Part shown: positions 9,697 to 12,397 of the stretch, piece after piece | Position numbering within the stretch: the stretch's first letter is position 1 | Layout: every line of letters starts with the position of its first letter | From: a virus | Taxonomy: Duplodnaviria; Heunggongvirae; Uroviricota; Caudoviricetes | IMG/VR virus record: IMGVR_UViG_2619619132_000012 | Strand: one strand, 5' to 3' | Length of the DNA stretch: 12,397 bases | Position numbers and translations under genes: made by a program | The notes under the pieces: generated by a model | What the model was told of the DNA's origin: nothing | Database searches by the model: none | The model's input: the letters and a program-made list of their open reading frames with translations, nothing else

Positions 9697-9769
9697 AAAA
9701 AACATCCTCTTTGTTTCGTGAAAAATACAGAGTTGGTATAGGTAGGGATAAAAACGAAAACGTTGGTTT
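9259..9769. repeat. left arm of a perfect inverted repeat (pairs with 11887..12397)
   Basis: Reverse complement matches 11887..12397 at every stretch compared by eye (position sum 21656); first mismatch is 9770 vs 11886. Left limit is set only by the window end on the partner arm. Confidence 0.85.
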
Positions 9770-10280
9770 AGGAGAAGGCTCGGCGCTACCCGTTGGTGTG
9801 CCTGTTCCGTGGCCCACCGCCACACCGCCAGCAGGCTGGTTAAAGTGCGACGGGCGCGCCTTTACAAAAGAACAATATCCTGTTCTGGCCAGAGTCTACT
9901 CGACCCTCCGTCTTCCCGATTTGCGCGGTGAGTTTATCCGTGGATGGGACGACGGGCGCAAAGTTGATACAGGACGTAAGTTGCTGTCCGCACAAGGGGC
10001 AACGCTGTTAAGAACAGCAATGCTGGATTATTATAACCAGGACACTACGGGAACCTCGGGGATAGTCGGCATGGGATTCAACAATGAAGATTCCATTACA
10101 GACCTTCGTGAGGGCAGCTTTAAAATGCCGGACGGGACAACATTCAGCAATCCTGTCATGGCAATGTCAGACAATGGTATGCAGGCTACTATTCTGACCT
10201 CTATCAGAAGCGGGTATGCGAAGGGTATCACTGTCAGACCCCGTAGCATTGCACTTAATTACATTGTGAGGGCAGTTTAA
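9711..10280 (+). CDS. tail-fibre C-terminal cassette A (promoterless segment)
   Basis: Open frame from 9699, no credible start or RBS; conserved junction block GLGEGSALPVGVPVPWPTATPPAGWLKCDG…LPDLRGEFIRGWDDGRK then a variable C-terminus ending NYIVRAV. Confidence 0.8.
   Translation: MFREKYRVGIGRDKNENVGLGEGSALPVGVPVPWPTATPPAGWLKCDGRAFTKEQYPVLARVYSTLRLPDLRGEFIRGWDDGRKVDTGRKLLSAQGATLLRTAMLDYYNQDTTGTSGIVGMGFNNEDSITDLREGSFKMPDGTTFSNPVMAMSDNGMQATILTSIRSGYAKGITVRPRSIALNYIVRAV
9751..9776. other. putative invertase crossover site A (hix/gix-like, 12-2-12)
   Basis: aaaacgaaaacg-TT-ggtttaggagaa; resembles hix (ttcttgaaaacc-AA-ggtttttgataa) in the AAAAC…GGTTT core around a central dinucleotide. Inverted relative to sites B and C. 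Confidence 0.5.
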
Positions 10281-10894
10281 TGAGTAACACTGCAGTTCTG
10301 GATGAAAACGGTATCGCCACTGTAGCGGGCGATATCACTGTATATCACTATGACGAGGAAACCCGGGAATACACCTCATCCTCTGTGGAGTATCTCGCCC
10401 TTGGGGTGGGTACTCCGGCACATTCGTGCGCCGATGCACCGCCGGAGGCAATTTCGGGTTACGTGGTTTGCCGGACTGCCACGCTGAACGGGTGGGAGCA
10501 TGTGCCTGATCACCGCGGCGAGACGGTATACAGCACGGAGAACGGTAACCCTGTTCTGATTACCCAACCGGGTGATTACCCGGCGGACACCACCACAAAA
10601 CAGCCAGCCACGCCATGGGATACCTGGAACGGTGAGGCGTGGGTAACCGATACTGAACGGCAGCGAGCCGCAGAACTGGAGGTTGCCAGACAGCAACGCC
10701 AGCAACGGGTGAAACAGGCGATGGCGTCAGTCGATCTTATCAACCTCAAACTGCGTGCTGGTCGCAGTCTGACACCAGAAGAAACGGCAAAACTGAACGC
10801 CGTGCTGGATTATATCGACGAGCTGAACGCACTGGATATCAGCACGGCACCTGAAATCAGCTGGCCGGAAGCGCCACTGGCACTTGCCAGTTGA
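10280..10894 (+). CDS. tail-fibre assembly chaperone (Tfa / Mu U / P2 G-like)
   Basis: 204-aa ORF; start overlaps the cassette A stop (TAATG); motifs HVPDHRGETVY, WNGEAWVTDTE, DISTAPEISWPEAP match the tail-fibre assembly family. Confidence 0.88.
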   Translation: MSNTAVLDENGIATVAGDITVYHYDEETREYTSSSVEYLALGVGTPAHSCADAPPEAISGYVVCRTATLNGWEHVPDHRGETVYSTENGNPVLITQPGDYPADTTTKQPATPWDTWNGEAWVTDTERQRAAELEVARQQRQQRVKQAMASVDLINLKLRAGRSLTPEETAKLNAVLDYIDELNALDISTAPEISWPEAPLALAS

Positions 10895-10900
10895 ACGGTA

Positions 10901-11384
10901 TCACGCCGCCCTCACGATATAGTTAAACGCGATATTGCGGGGGCGGGTTATGTTAAAGAATGCTCCGTTTAATTCGGCTTTTGCGCGACTGTTTGTTCCA
11001 CCCAGAATTACGTACCACAAATAATCGCTACGGTAATTCCCCGCAAACACCTTATCGCCGCCATAGTCAATATTATTTCCGTTACTCATGTACGAGATAT
11101 CAAGCGAAGAATCGTTATCGTCATGACCGCCGACCAGTGTACCTTTCTGCCATGAAAGCAACTTACGCCCCTCGTCAATCTTGCGCCCGTCGTCCCATCC
11201 ACGGATAAACTCACCGCGCAAATCGGGAAGACGGAGGGTCGGGTAGACTCTGGCCAGAACAGGATATTGTTCTTTGGTGAACGTAGCTCCGTTGCACTGT
11301 AACCAGCCTGCTGGCGGTGTGGCAGTGGGCCACGGAACAGGTACACCAACGGGCAGCGCCGAGCCTTCCCCCAAACCAACGTTT
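10901..11384 (-). CDS. tail-fibre C-terminal cassette B (silent, no start)
   Basis: Frame opens immediately after the cassette C stop codon (TAA at 11385-11387) in the same frame: KNVGLGEGSALPVGV…; same conserved block, different variable tail ending NYIVRAA. Confidence 0.75.
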
Positions 11385-11391
11385 TTATGCG
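11366..11391. other. putative invertase crossover site B
   Basis: ttcccccaaacc-AA-cgtttttatgcg; inner half-site and central dinucleotide match sites A and C, outer half differs. Confidence 0.45.
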
Positions 11392-11945
11392 GCCCTTACG
11401 ATGTAATTAAACGCAACATTGCGGGGGCGCATTGATATCCATGCCCCGGTAAAATTATCCTCCGCTGTCCTTTGAGTACCCATTATGGAGTTATCTGCTG
11501 ATGCAGGAACATAATCGCTATTATTTCCTGCTTTAGGATTAGCTGGGTTTCCAACGGTTATAACAGAATCAGCAGTAGCAAAAGCGATACCTACTTTGAC
11601 ATTAGTATTCAGATCGTAACCGTAATAATCCTGCAAAGCTGTACGAATAAATGTTGCAGCCTGACCACTTAGCAATGAACGCCTCGTATCAACTTTGCGC
11701 CCGTCGTCCCATTCACGGATAAACTCACCGCGTAAATCAGGAAGACGGAGGGTCGGGTAGGCTCTGGCCAGAACAGGATATTGTTCTTTTGTAAAGGCGC
11801 GCCCGTCGCACTTTAACCAGCCTGCTGGCGGTGTGGCGGTGGGCCATGGAACCGGTACACCAACAGGCAATGCAGAGCCTTCCCCCAAACCAACGTTTTC
11901 GTTTTTATCCCTACCTATACCAACTCTGTATTTTTCACGAAACAA
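11385..11945 (-). CDS. tail-fibre C-terminal cassette C (promoterless segment)
   Basis: 186-aa frame with the same N-terminal junction block as A (protein identical through …KEQYPVLAR) and a distinct variable C-terminus ending NYIVRAA. Confidence 0.8.
   Translation of the reverse strand: MFREKYRVGIGRDKNENVGLGEGSALPVGVPVPWPTATPPAGWLKCDGRAFTKEQYPVLARAYPTLRLPDLRGEFIREWDDGRKVDTRRSLLSGQAATFIRTALQDYYGYDLNTNVKVGIAFATADSVITVGNPANPKAGNNSDYVPASADNSIMGTQRTAEDNFTGAWISMRPRNVAFNYIVRAA
11880..11905. other. putative invertase crossover site C
   Basis: ttcccccaaacc-AA-cgttttcgtttt; reverse complement of site A apart from the outer fibre-side half. Confidence 0.5.
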
Positions 11946-12397
11946 AGAGGATGTTTTTTATGCAAATTGGCTATATTCGTGTGTCAACAAACGACCAGAA
12001 CACGGATTTACAACGCAATGCACTGAACTGCGCAGGATGTGAACTGATTTTTGAAGATAAAATCAGCGGAACGAAATCAACCAGACCGGGATTGAAAAAA
12101 CTGCTCAGAACGCTATCAGAAGGAGATACGCTGGTTGTCTGGAAGCTGGACAGACTGGGCAGAAGTATGAAACACCTGATCACGCTTATTGAGGAATTGC
12201 GGGAAAAAGGTGTTAATTTCCGTAGTCTGACGGACAGCATTGACACGTCAACACCCATGGGGCGTTTCTTTTTTCACGTCATGGGGGCTTTAGCCGAAAT
12301 GGAACGTGAATTAATTGTAGAACGTACACTGGCCGGGCTGGCAGCAGCACGCGCACAAGGACGCATTGGCGGACGTCGCCCGAAGTTGACAAAAGAA
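11887..12397. repeat. right arm of the perfect inverted repeat (pairs with 9259..9769)
   Basis: See left arm; identity runs to the last base of the window, so the true extent is unknown. Confidence 0.85.
11960..12397 (+). CDS. serine DNA invertase, copy 2 (5' partial, runs off window)
   Basis: ATG at 11960 with the same SD; the 146 codons present are nucleotide-identical to the reverse complement of copy 1 (MQIGYIRVSTNDQ…RRPKLTKE). Confidence 0.9.
   Translation, partial: MQIGYIRVSTNDQNTDLQRNALNCAGCELIFEDKISGTKSTRPGLKKLLRTLSEGDTLVVWKLDRLGRSMKHLITLIEELREKGVNFRSLTDSIDTSTPMGRFFFHVMGALAEMERELIVERTLAGLAAARAQGRIGGRRPKLTKE

Noticed and set aside
9614-9823. 69-aa ORFs spanning the invertase start and crossover site (also 11833..12042)
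   Set aside because: They cross the invertase promoter and crossover site antisense to the fibre junction; implausible coding.
9697-9825. N-terminal extension of the invertase ORF to 242 aa
   Set aside because: Serine invertases begin at the M-x-I-G-Y-x-R-V-S motif and the SD sits before the ATG at 9696; the extension would read through the crossover site.

Overview
The window begins with a complete serS (seryl-tRNA synthetase, E. coli-like) and its terminator, followed by an intact hok/mok-type type I toxin locus that the ORF track misses, then one end of a P2-like myovirus prophage or tailocin-like tail module. On the minus strand are ogr (late activator) and D; on the plus strand FI (sheath), FII (tube), E with a -1 frameshift extension E', T (tape measure) and U. 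After U comes a Hin/Gin/Pin-family serine DNA invertase (minus strand) and a tail-fibre shufflon: three alternative fibre C-terminal cassettes (A forward with a tail-fibre assembly gene; B and C reverse, in tandem), each carrying a hix/gix-like 26-bp crossover site. The most unusual feature is that the shufflon is bracketed by a perfect inverted repeat of at least 511 bp holding two invertase copies, with identity ending 5 bp past the crossover dinucleotide and no constant 5' fibre gene on either side. This is either a real recombination-generated palindromic rearrangement or a chimeric assembly of the two inversion states. Gene order also departs from canonical P2. No tRNA, rRNA or CRISPR was seen. 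All homology calls are from reading the translations against remembered family sequences; no database search was run.
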